DNA of 64,000 bases from Diplonema japonicum. Its lineage: Eukaryota > Protista > Euglenozoa: Diplonemea. Positions 63,405-64,000 of this stretch are shown here, piece by piece. Position numbers and translations under genes: made by a program. The stretch's first letter is position 1; every line of letters begins with the position of its first letter. The notes under the pieces were generated by a model. It saw only the letters and a program-made list of their open reading frames with translations. It did not search any database and was not told where the DNA came from. The stretch is from contig OZ025744.1 of the NCBI GenBank assembly GCA_964019335.1, positions 186,001 through 250,000 of the forward strand. The letters run 5' to 3'.

Positions 63405-63587
63405 TTACTTTCCAGCCGCTTTCCCAGGTGCGAGGCTCAGCTGATGATGCAGCGATGGCCCTTTACCCTTGGGCTTCACAATGGGCCCCTCTGGTTTCGG
63501 CAGTGCGAGGCAGCCTTTTGTCGGCCCGGAAATCGCATCATGAATGTCACCAATAGTGTTGCCAGTCACACACACACGGAAAGTCAT
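63405..63587 (-). CDS. Predicted 60-aa microprotein
   Basis: GC-rich island exactly filled by MTFRVCVTGNTIGDIHDAISGPTKGCLALPKPEGPIVKPKGKGPSLHHQLSLAPGKAAGK*; A-rich start context. Confidence 0.5.
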   Translation of the reverse strand: MTFRVCVTGNTIGDIHDAISGPTKGCLALPKPEGPIVKPKGKGPSLHHQLSLAPGKAAGK

Positions 63588-64000
63588 ATTTTTTTTATCT
63601 CTTTTTAGTAGTGTAAGTGCACCTTTTTTTTTCTTTTCTTTTTTTTTTTTTTTTTTTTTTTTTAAATCTCTTCCCGTGGTGTATCGAGAAAGTAATGGAG
63701 GAAAATAAAATAAAGGGGGGGCAGGAGATGACACACACGTTCAAAGGAAAAAAAAAGGGAAAATATTTTTTTTTTTCTGGAAAGATATCCCCCCTTTCTT
63801 CCTTTGGGCGGGAGGTGAGTGAAGAAAAAAAGGAGGGGGAGGGAGAGGAAATACTGGGTACGACGAGAAAAGAAGAATAAAAAAATCACTGTGATAGAGG
63901 TGGGGGGGGGGGGGGGGGGGGAGAGAAAGAGAGGGGTAGAGAGGGAAGAAAAGAAAAATGCCACGGCCCATCAGAGAAGAGAAAAGGCGGAAATGGCGAA

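Overview
Eukaryotic nuclear DNA, most likely a euglenozoan and probably a diplonemid (inferred, not proven). Every recognisable protein gene across the 64 kb is on the minus strand, introns are rare and tiny, and intergenic DNA is full of A/T/G/C homopolymers. Three compact housekeeping blocks alternate with two transposon-littered arrays. Block 1 (1-8.4 kb) has enoyl-CoA hydratase, SERF, an AlkB-like oxygenase, KIN17, an IMP protease, proteasome beta-6 and RNase Z. Block 2 (27.5-37.7 kb) has an ankyrin-PFK2, JmjC, GPx and cyclophilin. Block 3 (58-64 kb) has a kinesin and two microproteins. The arrays hold 8 paralogues of a 2-TM receptor with a HAMP-like segment and a class III nucleotide-cyclase-like domain that has lost most catalytic residues. 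The paralogues are near-identical constant blocks around a hypervariable ectodomain cassette. Other notable items: a tRNA-Gln nested in the proteasome gene intron; an inverted tRNA-Ser pair plus an unassigned, highly structured ~350-nt RNA candidate inside a ~1-kb cassette bounded by inverted repeats; 42-47-nt introns made largely of poly(A); poly(A) tracts directly before most start codons; two unannotated, apparently related microproteins; and relics of pogo, Crypton-like, piggyBac-like, SAP-domain TIR and LINE-like elements.
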